From: an uncultured Desulfatibacillum sp.
Lineage (GTDB): Bacteria > Desulfobacterota > Desulfobacteria > Desulfobacterales > SpSt-501
Direction of reading: 5' to 3'
Assembly (NCBI GenBank): GCA_964427375.1
Contig: CAYRUF010000005.1
Span: 69,286-133,285 of the forward strand
Length of the DNA: 64,000 nucleotides
Position 1 is the stretch's first letter. Every line of letters begins with the position of its first letter. The position numbers and the translations under genes were made by a program. Below, piece by piece: positions 16,993 to 26,715 of the stretch. The notes under the pieces are model-generated. The model worked only from the letters and a program-made list of their open reading frames with translations. It ran no database searches and was not told the DNA's origin.

Positions 16993-18426
16993 TCACCGGG
17001 GCTCATTCGAAGGGCCGGTGTCGGCTCCTCGGTCGGGGGTGATGCCGTGCCGTTTCAGCAGGGTGGAGAAGTTGGGCCGCTGCATGCCGACAGCCTTGGC
17101 CGCCGCGCTGATGTTCCCTCCGGCGTTGGAAAGCGCTTTGAGCAGAAAGGCCTTTTCCATCCGGCCATAGTGCTCCTCAATGATGCGTTTCTTTAGCGCA
17201 CGCAGCTCGCCCAGCGTGCCGGGGACCCGGCTGGCGGCACCTCCCCGGCTGCCGTGCAGATTGTCCATCAGGTGGTGATAATCCAGGATGGATTCGTCCG
17301 CCATGATCACCAGCCGTTCCACCACATTTTTGAGCTGCCGCACGTTGCCCGGCCAGTCATGGTTGATCAGGGCTTCCAGGGCTTCGTCGCTGAAGCCCTG
17401 GATCCGCCGGCCCATCTCGCGGCAGTAGATGCGGAGGAAGTGATAAGCCAGCTTGGGGATGTCCTCGCGGCGCTCCCGCAGCGGGGGGATGAAAATGGGC
17501 AGGACGCTCAGCCGGTAGAACAGATCCTCGCGAAACCGGCCCTCCTCGGCCAGCGACCTCAGGTCCTGGTTGGTGGCGGCGATGATGCGGATGTCGGTCC
17601 GGCGCGGCAGGCTTGCGCCGACCGGCCGGTACTCGCGGGTTTCCATCACGCGCAGCAGCTTGCCCTGAACGTCCAGCGTCAAATTGGCCACTTCGTCCAG
17701 GAACAGGGTCCCGCCGTTGGCCACTTCGAAAATGCCGGGCTTATCGTGGGTGGCGCCGGTGAACGCTCCTTTGACATGCCCGAACAGCTCGCTTTCCAGC
17801 AGCGACGGCGCAAAGGTGCTGCAATCGGCCACCACGAACTGCCGGTCGGCGCGGTGGCTGTGGGCGTGGATGGCCTTCGCGAACAGCTCCTTGCCGGTGC
17901 CGCTTTCGCCCTCCAGCAGAATGATGGTCTCGGTCGGGGCGGCCCGGCGGATTTCCTCGAAGATGCGCAGCATTTTCGGGTTTTCGCCGACGATGTTGCT
18001 GAAATCAAATTTGGCATACAGCTGTCGGCGCAGGGCCAGGTTTTCCTCGGTCAGCCGCCGGGTCTTGACGGCTTTCTCAACGGTCAGGACGAGCTCTTCG
18101 TCCGAAAACGGCTTGGACAGGTAGTCGAAAGCGCCCAGCTTCATGGCTTTCACGGCGTCCGGCACCGAGGAATAGCCGGTCATGACCACCACGCTGACCC
18201 TGGGACGCTCGCGGTGGATGACTTCGAGGACTTGAAGCCCGTCGATGTCCGGGAGCTTCATGTCCAGCAGGACCAGTTCATAGGGGTTTTTCCCCAGCGA
18301 TTCGAGGCCGCTGCAGCCGTCGTGCACGGCGTCCACGGCGTATCCCTGGTCGCACAGGACCAGGCGGCAGCCGGCACAGACGGCAGGTTCGTCGTCGATG
18401 ATCAGGATGGATGCGGACGGCGTCAT
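16993..18426 (-). CDS. Sigma-54-dependent response regulator (NtrC family: REC-AAA+-Fis HTH)
   Basis: The REC phospho-acceptor context is LVLLDMKLPDIDG. Other motifs are GESGTGKELFA, GAFTGA, ESELFGH and a C-terminal HTH (GNISAAAKAVGMQRPNFSTLLKRHGI). Confidence 0.92.
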   Translation of the reverse strand: MTPSASILIIDDEPAVCAGCRLVLCDQGYAVDAVHDGCSGLESLGKNPYELVLLDMKLPDIDGLQVLEVIHRERPRVSVVVMTGYSSVPDAVKAMKLGAFDYLSKPFSDEELVLTVEKAVKTRRLTEENLALRRQLYAKFDFSNIVGENPKMLRIFEEIRRAAPTETIILLEGESGTGKELFAKAIHAHSHRADRQFVVADCSTFAPSLLESELFGHVKGAFTGATHDKPGIFEVANGGTLFLDEVANLTLDVQGKLLRVMETREYRPVGASLPRRTDIRIIAATNQDLRSLAEEGRFREDLFYRLSVLPIFIPPLRERREDIPKLAYHFLRIYCREMGRRIQGFSDEALEALINHDWPGNVRQLKNVVERLVIMADESILDYHHLMDNLHGSRGGAASRVPGTLGELRALKKRIIEEHYGRMEKAFLLKALSNAGGNISAAAKAVGMQRPNFSTLLKRHGITPDRGADTGPSNEPR

Positions 18427-18439
18427 CGTCGGTCCTCGG

Positions 18440-19663
18440 TCAAGCCGGGCCTTGCGCGGAGGGCAGGGCCACGGTGAATTGCGATCCCTGTCCCGGCCGG
18501 CTGGACACCTCCAGCCGCCCCTGGTGGTTTTTGACGATTCCGAAACTGACCGCCAGGCCGAGCCCGGAGCCGTTTTTCTTGGTCGAGAAGAAGGGCTCGA
18601 AGATCTTGCCCAGATTTTCGGCCGGGATTCCGCAGCCGGTGTCGATGATGTCCACGGTTAGCTCGCGGCGGGCCGAATTCGCGCGGGATCGAATGGTGAT
18701 CGTGCCGTTCTCGTCGATGGCTTGGGCTGCGTTGAGCAGCAGGTTCACGAACACCTGCTCCAGCTGGTTGGCGTCGACGCAGCCGTCCGGCAGATCGGGG
18801 GCCAGATCTTTTTCGATTCGGATGTGCCTCAGGCGGAATTCGTTCTCAAGGATGTTGAGGGATTTCTGAAGGATGGTGGTGATGCTGGCCGGGGTCTTGC
18901 GGGGCTCTTTGTCGCGGGCGAACTCCAGCAGCTCCTGGATGATGAACTTGCAGCGTTGGGTTTCCCGCATGATGATCCCCAGGCCTTCTTTCAAGGGGCC
19001 TTCGTCCGGAACCTTCTTGAATAAATTCGAGCTGAAGAGCAGGATTCCGGCCAAGGGGTTGTTGATCTCGTGCGCGATCCCGGCCGCCATGCGTCCCAAC
19101 GCCGAAAGCTTCTCCGTCTGCAAGGCCAGCAGGTCGAACTTGTTCTTCTGGGCTTCGATGAGGCGGTTTTTTTCGATCGCCAGCGCGCACTGGTCCGCCA
19201 GGGAAACCAGAAAGTCGCGCTCCTCGTCCGATACCGATCGTGCTTCAGCAAAGTAAATCCGCAGGATGCCGGCGATGTGGTTGCGGAAACTCAGGGAGGT
19301 GTCCAATACCATCCGGATCCCCTCCCTGGCAACCTCCTGGGGGTAGTGGATGCGAGGGTCGTGATGGATATCCTCGATCACGATCACCCGGCTTTGACGA
19401 TACAGGTCCGTGATCAGGTTTTTCTGGCTGACGGGTCCTTTGGCCAGGTAGGCTTCGCTGAGATTGTAGGCGGCGCTCAACTCCAGCTCGTCCGTGTCCA
19501 GGTTGAGGATGCGCAGGATGGCGCCCTTGGCGCCCAGCGCCTCGGTGGCCTTCCAGACCGCCAGGTCCAGAACTTCCTTCAAATCGGTGCTGGAGTGCAC
19601 CGCCTTGCTGATTTCGCGGAAGGTGTTGTAAAAGACATGGAGGTTGCTGGCGTTCGGCTTCAT
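18440..19663 (-). CDS. Cytoplasmic GAF-domain sensor histidine kinase
   Basis: 407 aa with no TM segment. It has an N-terminal GAF-like region, an H-box (AAGIAHEINNPL), an N-box (LLNAAQA) and G-boxes (DTGCGI, GSGLGLA). Confidence 0.9.
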   Translation of the reverse strand: MKPNASNLHVFYNTFREISKAVHSSTDLKEVLDLAVWKATEALGAKGAILRILNLDTDELELSAAYNLSEAYLAKGPVSQKNLITDLYRQSRVIVIEDIHHDPRIHYPQEVAREGIRMVLDTSLSFRNHIAGILRIYFAEARSVSDEERDFLVSLADQCALAIEKNRLIEAQKNKFDLLALQTEKLSALGRMAAGIAHEINNPLAGILLFSSNLFKKVPDEGPLKEGLGIIMRETQRCKFIIQELLEFARDKEPRKTPASITTILQKSLNILENEFRLRHIRIEKDLAPDLPDGCVDANQLEQVFVNLLLNAAQAIDENGTITIRSRANSARRELTVDIIDTGCGIPAENLGKIFEPFFSTKKNGSGLGLAVSFGIVKNHQGRLEVSSRPGQGSQFTVALPSAQGPA

Positions 19664-19929
19664 GTTCCAGGCTCCTCGGGGTAAAAGGTCAGAGCCGGGT
19701 GGCCGCAGGCGGCGGCCAACCGCCGACGGATGAGATTGGTCCGGGAAAGACGCTCGGCGGCTGGCCGGGTGACTTAAAGCCTACGCCTGCGGCCGATGGG
19801 ATGTCAAGGAGAATCGATTGGCCCAAACCGCTGAATGGGGTATTGCCCGGCGGTTCATCATCGAACAACAATAAAGAAACGGCCGCCCAACTTCTGGGTG
19901 CGCCGCTTGGCTTCACAGCAGGAGGCGAA

Positions 19930-20949
19930 ATGAAAACCATACCGCTGGGGGCGACCGCCCTGGAGATTTCCGAGATCGGCTTTGGGGGGATTCCGATCAT
20001 CCCGCTGCCGCGCGACGAGGCGGTTTCGGTGGTCCGGCACTGCATCGATCGGGGGATTACCTTTTTTGATACGGCCAACATGTATACCACGAGCGAAGAG
20101 AAGCTCGGGATCGCTCTGAAGCCGGATCGCGGCAAAGTCGTCATCGCTACCAAGACCGCTCAGAGGGATGGCCGGGGGGCTGTCGATCACCTGGAGCTGT
20201 CTTTGAAGCAGCTTCAAACCGACTGGATCGACGTCTACCAGCTTCATAACGTGTCCAACGAGGATGCGCTCCAGCAGGTGCTGGCCCCCCAGGGCGCCTA
20301 CGAGGCCGTTGCCAAGGCCCGCGACGCCGGCAAGATCCGTTTCATCGGCATTTCGTCCCACAGCATCCCGACGGCCATGGCGGCTTTGAGGACGGGTTTG
20401 TTCCAGACCCTCCAATTCCCGTTCAATTTCATCGAAAACGACCCGGCCCAAGAGCTGTTTCCCCTGGCAATTCAAAACCAGGTGGGCATCATCGGCATGA
20501 AACCCCTCGGCGGAGGCCTCCTGGAACGCGCCGACCTGTGCTTCAAATTTCTGCAGCAGCACCCCTATGTGGTGCCGATCCCCGGGATCCGAGCCGGGAA
20601 AGAAATCGACGAGATCCTTGAACTGTACCGGAACCCGCAGCCGCTTTCAGAGGCCGATTTAAAGGCGATCGAAACGATTCGCTCCGACGTGGGCGAGAGA
20701 TTCTGCCACCGCTGCGAGTACTGCATGCCCTGCCCGCAGGGCGTCCAGATTTCATCGGTCCTCATGCTGCGGCCGGCCGCCAAACGTTTGTCGTGCGAAA
20801 ACGTCAAGGGCTGGCTCGGAGCGGCCATGGAAACCGTCCAGCAGTGCATCGAGTGCGGGGAATGCGAACAGAAATGCCCCTACAACCTGCCGATTTCCGA
20901 TCTGCTCAAGGAAAACCTGGCGCTGTTCCATCAGTATACGCGCCGTTAG
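19930..20949 (+). CDS. Aldo/keto reductase with C-terminal 4Fe-4S-binding extension
   Basis: Start at ATG 19930 (MKTIPLGATALEISEIGFGG), preceded by GGAGG. It has an AKR fold pattern and a C-terminal CHRCEYCMPCP ... CIECGECEQKCP. Confidence 0.85.
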   Translation: MKTIPLGATALEISEIGFGGIPIIPLPRDEAVSVVRHCIDRGITFFDTANMYTTSEEKLGIALKPDRGKVVIATKTAQRDGRGAVDHLELSLKQLQTDWIDVYQLHNVSNEDALQQVLAPQGAYEAVAKARDAGKIRFIGISSHSIPTAMAALRTGLFQTLQFPFNFIENDPAQELFPLAIQNQVGIIGMKPLGGGLLERADLCFKFLQQHPYVVPIPGIRAGKEIDEILELYRNPQPLSEADLKAIETIRSDVGERFCHRCEYCMPCPQGVQISSVLMLRPAAKRLSCENVKGWLGAAMETVQQCIECGECEQKCPYNLPISDLLKENLALFHQYTRR

Positions 20950-20966
20950 CTTCGCGCCCATCCATG

Positions 20967-22130
20967 TCATCCCAGGAAGCGGGCCAGCCGCGCCATGGCC
21001 TCGCCCAGGCGCTCGGTCGAGTGGGTCAGGGCGATGCGGAAATAGCCCTCGCCGTACTGGCCGTACATGGATCCCGGGATCATCCAGACCGCCTCTTTCT
21101 CGAGGAAGCTGAAACAAAACTCATTTGACGTGCCGTGCCCCTTGGGCACGCGCGCCCACACGTAAAAGGTCGCCTTGGGCCGGGACGCCTGGACCCCCAG
21201 TTTGGACAGGGCGTCCGCCACGACGTCCCGCCGTTCGGTGAACATCCGGTTCCGGCCCTCCATGAAATCGATCGGCCCGTTGAGAGCCGCCGTAGCCGCC
21301 ACCTGGATCGGGTAGTAAATCCCGCGATCGGAGTGCGACTTGACCTTCATCAAAGCGGCGATGATCTCCGGGTTGCCGAGAGCCATCCCGATGCGCCAGC
21401 CGCAGCAGTTGTAGGCCTTCGACAGGGAATTGAACTCGATCCCCACCTCCCGGGCGCCGTCGGCCATGAGAAAGCTCGGCGGGCAGAAGTCGTCGAAGCA
21501 AATCTCTGAGTAGGGGTTGTCCGCAATCACGGCGATATCGTAATGCCGCGCCCAATCCACCAACTGCTGATAGAATCCCAGGTTGGCATCGGCCGAGGTC
21601 GGATTGTTGGGGTAATTGACCCAGATCATCTTGGCGTTGCGGGCCACGTCGGCTGGGATGGCCTCCAGATCCGGAAGGAAGTTGTTCTCCTCCAGCAGGG
21701 GCACCTTGACCGCAACGCCGCCGGCGATGGCGGCCCCTGCGGCATAGGCCGGGTAGGCCGGGTCGGGCACCAGGGCGAGGTCGCCCGGGTCCAGCAGGCA
21801 ACTGTGAATGTGGAACAGCCCCTCGGCCGAGCCCAGCAACGGCAGGACTTCGGTTTCCGGATCCAGCACCGACCCGAAGCGCCGCCGATACCAGTTGGCC
21901 ATGGCCTCCTTCAGGGGCTGCGGGGAGTAAAAACTGGGGTAGTGGTGATGGTTGACGTCCAGGCAGGCATCGGACAGGACCCGGCGCAGATGCTCCGGGG
22001 GCTGCACGTCCGGGTCGCCCAGCCCCAGATTGATGACGTCCTTGCCCTCCGCCCTCATCTTGGTCAGAATGAGGTTCATGGCCGTGCCCAAATACGCCTC
22101 AAAGCTGTTCAGTCGATTGGATAGTCTCAT
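20967..22130 (-). CDS. Class I/II PLP-dependent aminotransferase (AspC/PatA/LL-DAP aminotransferase-like)
   Basis: Start at ATG 22130 (MRLSNRLNSFEAY...). Motifs NYPNNPT and SLSKAYNCCGWRIG (PLP-Lys) are present. Confidence 0.85.
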   Translation of the reverse strand: MRLSNRLNSFEAYLGTAMNLILTKMRAEGKDVINLGLGDPDVQPPEHLRRVLSDACLDVNHHHYPSFYSPQPLKEAMANWYRRRFGSVLDPETEVLPLLGSAEGLFHIHSCLLDPGDLALVPDPAYPAYAAGAAIAGGVAVKVPLLEENNFLPDLEAIPADVARNAKMIWVNYPNNPTSADANLGFYQQLVDWARHYDIAVIADNPYSEICFDDFCPPSFLMADGAREVGIEFNSLSKAYNCCGWRIGMALGNPEIIAALMKVKSHSDRGIYYPIQVAATAALNGPIDFMEGRNRMFTERRDVVADALSKLGVQASRPKATFYVWARVPKGHGTSNEFCFSFLEKEAVWMIPGSMYGQYGEGYFRIALTHSTERLGEAMARLARFLG

Positions 22131-22215
22131 GTCTAGATCCCAACGGCCCCTGGCCGTTTTCCTTTCCCACGCCATTGAGCGCATCGCAGGGTTATATCAG
22201 CTTTTTCCTTTTGTT

Positions 22216-22845
22216 TTATTCCACAACCACCCGGCGGGCGTTCGAGTCCGGATAGGGGTATTCCATGTGCTTGGCCGTGGCGCGGGCGACCGGCTCGCCG
22301 CAGTAGCGGGCCACGGCCTTGAGAGCCATGTCGATGCCGGCGGAAATGCCGGCCGAGGTCAGCACCCGTCCGTCCTCGACCACATGTTGATCGTACTCGA
22401 CCCTCACGGCTGGAAACGAATCGCGCATCCAGTCCAGCGACTTCCAGTGGGTGGTGGCGTGGAGGCCGTCGAGCAGGCCGGCAAACCCCAGCAGCATCGC
22501 GCCGGTGCACACCGAGGCCAGGATCTCCACCTCGGCGGCGCGCTGGCGCAGCCAATCCAGCATGGCCGGGTTTTTGATTTCGCGGCGGGTGCCCCAGCCG
22601 CCCGGGACCACCAGGATGTCCAGCCGGGGGCAGGTGTTAAAGGTATGGTCGGGGATGACTTTCAGGCTGCCATGAGCGAACACCGGGCCGCTTTTCTCGG
22701 CCACCAGGACCACCTCGAACGGCGACGGCTCTTCGCGGCGCTTTTCTTCGTTCAGGCGCACCGCGCAAAACACTTCAAACGGCCCGCAGAAGTCCAAGAC
22801 TTCGACATCGTCGAACACCACGATCCCCACACGCTTTGGTTCCAT
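22216..22845 (-). CDS. DJ-1/PfpI family protein (class-I glutamine amidotransferase-like fold)
   Basis: Start at ATG 22845 (MEPKRVGIVVFDDVEVLDF). The nucleophile elbow is SVCTGAMLL, and LVVPGG is present. Confidence 0.85.
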   Translation of the reverse strand: MEPKRVGIVVFDDVEVLDFCGPFEVFCAVRLNEEKRREEPSPFEVVLVAEKSGPVFAHGSLKVIPDHTFNTCPRLDILVVPGGWGTRREIKNPAMLDWLRQRAAEVEILASVCTGAMLLGFAGLLDGLHATTHWKSLDWMRDSFPAVRVEYDQHVVEDGRVLTSAGISAGIDMALKAVARYCGEPVARATAKHMEYPYPDSNARRVVVE

Positions 22846-22856
22846 GAGAGCCTCCG

Positions 22857-23681
22857 CTACAGCCAGGTTACCTTCGGCGGCTTGCGCGGTGCCAGCCGAT
22901 GATAGCGGAACTTGGGGTAGCCCACCATCACGGCCCCGAAGGCCTTGTGCTTGGCCGGCAGCTTCAAGGCCTCGAACAGGGGCGGATGCGCGTTGACTGC
23001 CATGTAAAAGTAGCCGGCCCAGCAAGTGCCCAGGCCCAGCACCGGAGCGTACAGCTCCAGATAGCTCAGGGCCAAGGCCGTATCCTCGGCGCCGAAGCCC
23101 CAGTTCTTGTCGGCATGGGCCACGATCATGTGCGGGGCTCCGCGGCAGACGCGCTCAAACCCCATATCCCAGGCGGCCACCACCCGAGTGTAGGACAGCA
23201 GGGCCGCCACCTTGGGCTTCTCGGCGATAAACCCGCGCATGTAGTCGATCACCAGCCCGGCCAGGCGCTGAACTTCGGCCGGGCTTTCCACGACCGTCCA
23301 GTGCCAGGGCTGGCTGTTCTTGGCCGAGGGGGCATAGCAGGCCATCTCCAGAAGCTTCTCCAGGCTGGTGCGTTCAACTGGTTTTTCTTTGAACGTGCGG
23401 ATCGAGCGCCGGCCGCGCAGAAACTGCTCGGCCTGTTCGGGGCTGGGGCACAGGTCCCTGACCATCGGCGGACACTCATCCGGACGTATCCAATTCAGCC
23501 TGAACGCATCCGTGGGGCAGACCGCCACACAGTGTCCGCAGGCGATGCAATAGGATGCGAAATCGTCCGCCGGAACGGGGACGTCATCCCTGTCATCCAA
23601 ACGAATGATGCGTGCCGGGCACTCTTCCACGCAGAGCCCGTCGCGGTTACATTTTTCAGGGTCAACTTCAAATGGCTTCAT
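22857..23681 (-). CDS. Nitroreductase-family flavoprotein with N-terminal 2x[4Fe-4S] ferredoxin domain
   Basis: Start at ATG 23681 (MKPFEVDPEKCNRDGLCVEECP...CIACGHCVAVCP), preceded by GGAGGAG. The rest is a nitroreductase core (RRSIRTF, APSAKNSQPW). Confidence 0.85.
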   Translation of the reverse strand: MKPFEVDPEKCNRDGLCVEECPARIIRLDDRDDVPVPADDFASYCIACGHCVAVCPTDAFRLNWIRPDECPPMVRDLCPSPEQAEQFLRGRRSIRTFKEKPVERTSLEKLLEMACYAPSAKNSQPWHWTVVESPAEVQRLAGLVIDYMRGFIAEKPKVAALLSYTRVVAAWDMGFERVCRGAPHMIVAHADKNWGFGAEDTALALSYLELYAPVLGLGTCWAGYFYMAVNAHPPLFEALKLPAKHKAFGAVMVGYPKFRYHRLAPRKPPKVTWL

Positions 23682-23921
23682 CCGGCTCCTCCTGTGTGAT
23701 GACGGCGTCATCAAGAAAAATCTGGACCGATTCAAGCGTGCACCACGATTCGATATCCGTTTTTGGCTCTCTTTACAATCCGGAAGCACGAATCCGGGAT
23801 TGAGGTTTCGGATGCAGCAATTTTGTTGACTTAAGAATGGGCTTTCTCTAAAGGAGATTCATTAAATAAAGCTCTAACTCACTTCCTTGCCCCAGACCCA
23901 TGACCGCGAAAAGGAGGAGCC

Positions 23922-25565
23922 ATGACGGAGAAAGCCTACTCGCCCGGAGAGCCTTATGCGTACCCCCTGATCCTGAAAAAACTTCTCACCGTTCCTCTGA
24001 CTTACTCACCCGACCGGGAGATCGTCTACCGCGACAAGACCCGCCTCCCCTACCGCACCCTGAATGAAAGAATCAACCGTCTGGCGAACGGCCTGACCCG
24101 CCTAGGCGTGAAGGCGGGGGATGTGGTGGCCGCTTTCGAGTTTGACAGCCATCGCTACCTGGAATGCTTCTTCGCCGTACCGGGCATGGGCGCCACCCTG
24201 CAAACCGTCAACTGGCGGCTTTCACCCGAGCAGATCGTCTACACGGTCAACCATGCCGAGGCCAAGGTGATCATCGTCAACTCTTTTTTCCTGCAGCTCT
24301 TGCAGGCTGTCCGGGATAAGCTGACCACCGTCAAGAAGGTGATTCTCATCAGCGACGACGGCAAGAAGCCGGAGCCCCCGCTCGTGATCGATGCCGAATA
24401 CGAGGAGTTGCTGGCGGCCGCGGACACCCGCTACGCATTTCCGGACCTGGACGAGAACACCCGCGCCACCACTTTTTACACCACCGGCACCACCGGCAAC
24501 CCCAAGGGGGTCTTTTTCTCGCACCGTCAGCTCGTGCTGCACACCCTCGCCGTCACCGCCGCCGTGGGCGCCTACCACACCCAATGCCGCTGCCGGTCGG
24601 ATGACGTCTACATGCCCCTGACGCCCATGTTCCATGTGCACGCCTGGGGCTTCCCCTACATCGCGACGCTGCTGGGCGTGAAGCAGGTCTATCCGGGAAT
24701 GTACGAGCCGGGCATGATCCTGAAGTTGATCCAGACCGAAAAGGTGACCTTCTCCCACTGCGTGCCCACCATCCTGCAGATGATCCTGACCAGCCCGGCC
24801 GCCAAGGAAGCGGATCTCTCCAACTGGAAGGTGGTCATCGGCGGATCGCAGCTGCCGCGGGGTTTGGCCAAGATGGCGCGCGACCGCGGAATCGAGGTCA
24901 ACGTCGGCTACGGCATGTCCGAAACCTGCCCGGTTATCAGCCTGGCCAACCCCAAGGAACATATGCTCGACTGGGAGCCTGAACGGCAGCTCGACGTCGT
25001 CATCAAGACCGGACGGCCCATTCCGCTGGTCGATCTTGAAATCGTCGATCCGCTGGACAACCCTCTGCCGCACGACGGCAAAGCCGTGGGGGAGGTGGTC
25101 ATGCGCACCCCCTGGCTCACCGCCGGCTACAGCAAGGATCCCGAGCGCTCCGCCGAACTGTGGCGCTCCGGCTGGCTGCACAGCGGGGACGTCGGCCATA
25201 TTGACACGGAAGGCTACCTGCAGATCACCGACCGCATCAAGGACGTCATCAAAAGCGGCGGCGAATGGATCTCTTCCCTCGACCTCGAAAACCTGATGAG
25301 CCAGCATCCGGCGGTGCTCGAATCCGCGGCCATCGGCGTCAAGGACGAGAAGTGGGGCGAACGGCCGCTGCTCTTCGTGGTGCTGAAGCCCGAGCATAAG
25401 GGCAAGGTCAGCAGCGAAGACCTCAAGCGCTTCATGGCGGCATTCGCCGAGCAGGGCAAGCTGCCGCGCTATGCGGTGCCGGAGCGCTTCGAGTTCGTCG
25501 ACGCCGTCCCGAAGACGAGCGTGGGCAAGCTGGACAAGAAAGTGCTGCGCCAAACACACGCCTGA
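23922..25565 (+). CDS. AMP-dependent acyl-CoA synthetase/ligase (fatty-acid-CoA ligase-like)
   Basis: 547 aa with an AMP-binding motif ([12 protein letters not shown]), GYGMSET, SGDVG and a C-terminal VGKLDKK. Confidence 0.9.
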   Translation: MTEKAYSPGEPYAYPLILKKLLTVPLTYSPDREIVYRDKTRLPYRTLNERINRLANGLTRLGVKAGDVVAAFEFDSHRYLECFFAVPGMGATLQTVNWRLSPEQIVYTVNHAEAKVIIVNSFFLQLLQAVRDKLTTVKKVILISDDGKKPEPPLVIDAEYEELLAAADTRYAFPDLDENTRATTFYTTGTTGNPKGVFFSHRQLVLHTLAVTAAVGAYHTQCRCRSDDVYMPLTPMFHVHAWGFPYIATLLGVKQVYPGMYEPGMILKLIQTEKVTFSHCVPTILQMILTSPAAKEADLSNWKVVIGGSQLPRGLAKMARDRGIEVNVGYGMSETCPVISLANPKEHMLDWEPERQLDVVIKTGRPIPLVDLEIVDPLDNPLPHDGKAVGEVVMRTPWLTAGYSKDPERSAELWRSGWLHSGDVGHIDTEGYLQITDRIKDVIKSGGEWISSLDLENLMSQHPAVLESAAIGVKDEKWGERPLLFVVLKPEHKGKVSSEDLKRFMAAFAEQGKLPRYAVPERFEFVDAVPKTSVGKLDKKVLRQTHA

Positions 25566-25601
25566 CGGCATGGGTTTGCATCGGTTGCGAAGCCACCGAA
25601 A

Positions 25602-25629
25602 TTGACATCTGCCGCGACCGGTTTAATTT
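25602..25629 (+). promoter_or_regulatory. Candidate sigma-70-type promoter upstream of the CBS gene
   Basis: TTGACA (25602-25607), a 16-nt spacer, then TAATTT (25624-25629). Confidence 0.3.
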
Positions 25630-25673
25630 CTTGCCGGGGAGGACCAACAACCTTGTGTTGAGAGGAGGCGGTC

Positions 25674-26159
25674 ATGAAAACCGCAGGAGACATCCTCAAC
25701 GAGAAAAAGCGGGACATGGTGACCGTGCGGCCGGAGCAGACCATCCGCGAGGCGCTGGAGCGCATGCAGGTGAACCGTATCGGCGCCATATTGGTCAAGC
25801 GCGGGGAAAAAATCGTCGGAATCTGGACCGAGCGCGACCTGGCCCGCGACATCCTCAAGCCCGGGTTCGACATCGATACCGCCACCCTTGAAGGCCACAT
25901 GACCAGCCGGCTTTACACGGCGCCGGCCGACACTCCGCTGCTGAAGCTACAGGAGATGTTTCTGGGGCTGTTCATCCGACATATCCTGATCACCCATCGC
26001 AGCAGAACGATCGGCCTTCTATCCATCGGGGACGTGATGCGTGCCAGCCTGCTGGAAAAGGATGCCCAAATCAAGGATCTCACCGCCATGGCCAGCTGGG
26101 AGTATTATGAAAACTGGGGCTGGGACCGGAAACTAAAATCTCCCAAGGACGATAAGTAA
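25674..26159 (+). CDS. CBS-domain pair protein
   Basis: 161 aa with two CBS-like repeats (VTVRPEQTIREALERMQVNRIGAILV ; LYTAPADTPLLKLQEMFLGLFIRHILI). Confidence 0.75.
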   Translation: MKTAGDILNEKKRDMVTVRPEQTIREALERMQVNRIGAILVKRGEKIVGIWTERDLARDILKPGFDIDTATLEGHMTSRLYTAPADTPLLKLQEMFLGLFIRHILITHRSRTIGLLSIGDVMRASLLEKDAQIKDLTAMASWEYYENWGWDRKLKSPKDDK

Positions 26160-26216
26160 CGCCACATGTGGAGGTCCGCCACGGCGCTGCTTCGCTCGGC
26201 CAAGGCGTCCTTGGTG

Positions 26217-26246
26217 TTGACAATCATGCGACTCTAATTCTATCTA
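26217..26246 (+). promoter_or_regulatory. Candidate sigma-70-type promoter of the nuo operon
   Basis: TTGACA (26217-26222), an 18-nt spacer, then TATCTA (26241-26246). It is followed by a perfect GC hairpin, GGGCGGCCGG-caa-CCGGCCGCCC (26252-26274), in the leader. Confidence 0.3.
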
Positions 26247-26304
26247 TGAAGGGGCGGCCGGCAACCGGCCGCCCGGCTGTCCGTTTCGAACGCTCGGAGA
26301 CGAG

Positions 26305-26715
26305 ATGCACCCGCTTTCCTCCACGCCTTGGTACTCACCCTGGGAAGTCGGGCTTTTCAGCCTCGGCCTTTTCAGCCTCCTCTGTTTAGGCTTCATCATC
26401 GCCATGCTGGCCGTATCATCCTGGATCGGGGAACGGCGCTACTCAAGAGAAAAAATGCGTCCCTACGAGTGCGGCGTGATCCCCACCGGAACGGCCCGGC
26501 TGCGCTATCCGGTTCCGTTTTATCTCGTGGCCATCTTTTTTCTGCTCTTCGACGTCGAGGGCGCCTTCATCTTCTCCTGGGCGGTGTCCTTCCGCGAACT
26601 CGGCTGGCAAGGCTGGTTTGAAATCCTGTTCTTCATCGTGATGCAGGGGCTGGGGCTGGTCTACGTGTGGAAAAAGGGGGGGCTCGAGTGGGGGCCGACG
26701 CGGAAAAAGGCATAA
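26305..26715 (+). CDS. nuoA: NADH-quinone oxidoreductase subunit A
   Basis: 136 aa with three TM segments and the motifs YECG and FDVE. Confidence 0.9.
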   Translation: MHPLSSTPWYSPWEVGLFSLGLFSLLCLGFIIAMLAVSSWIGERRYSREKMRPYECGVIPTGTARLRYPVPFYLVAIFFLLFDVEGAFIFSWAVSFRELGWQGWFEILFFIVMQGLGLVYVWKKGGLEWGPTRKKA

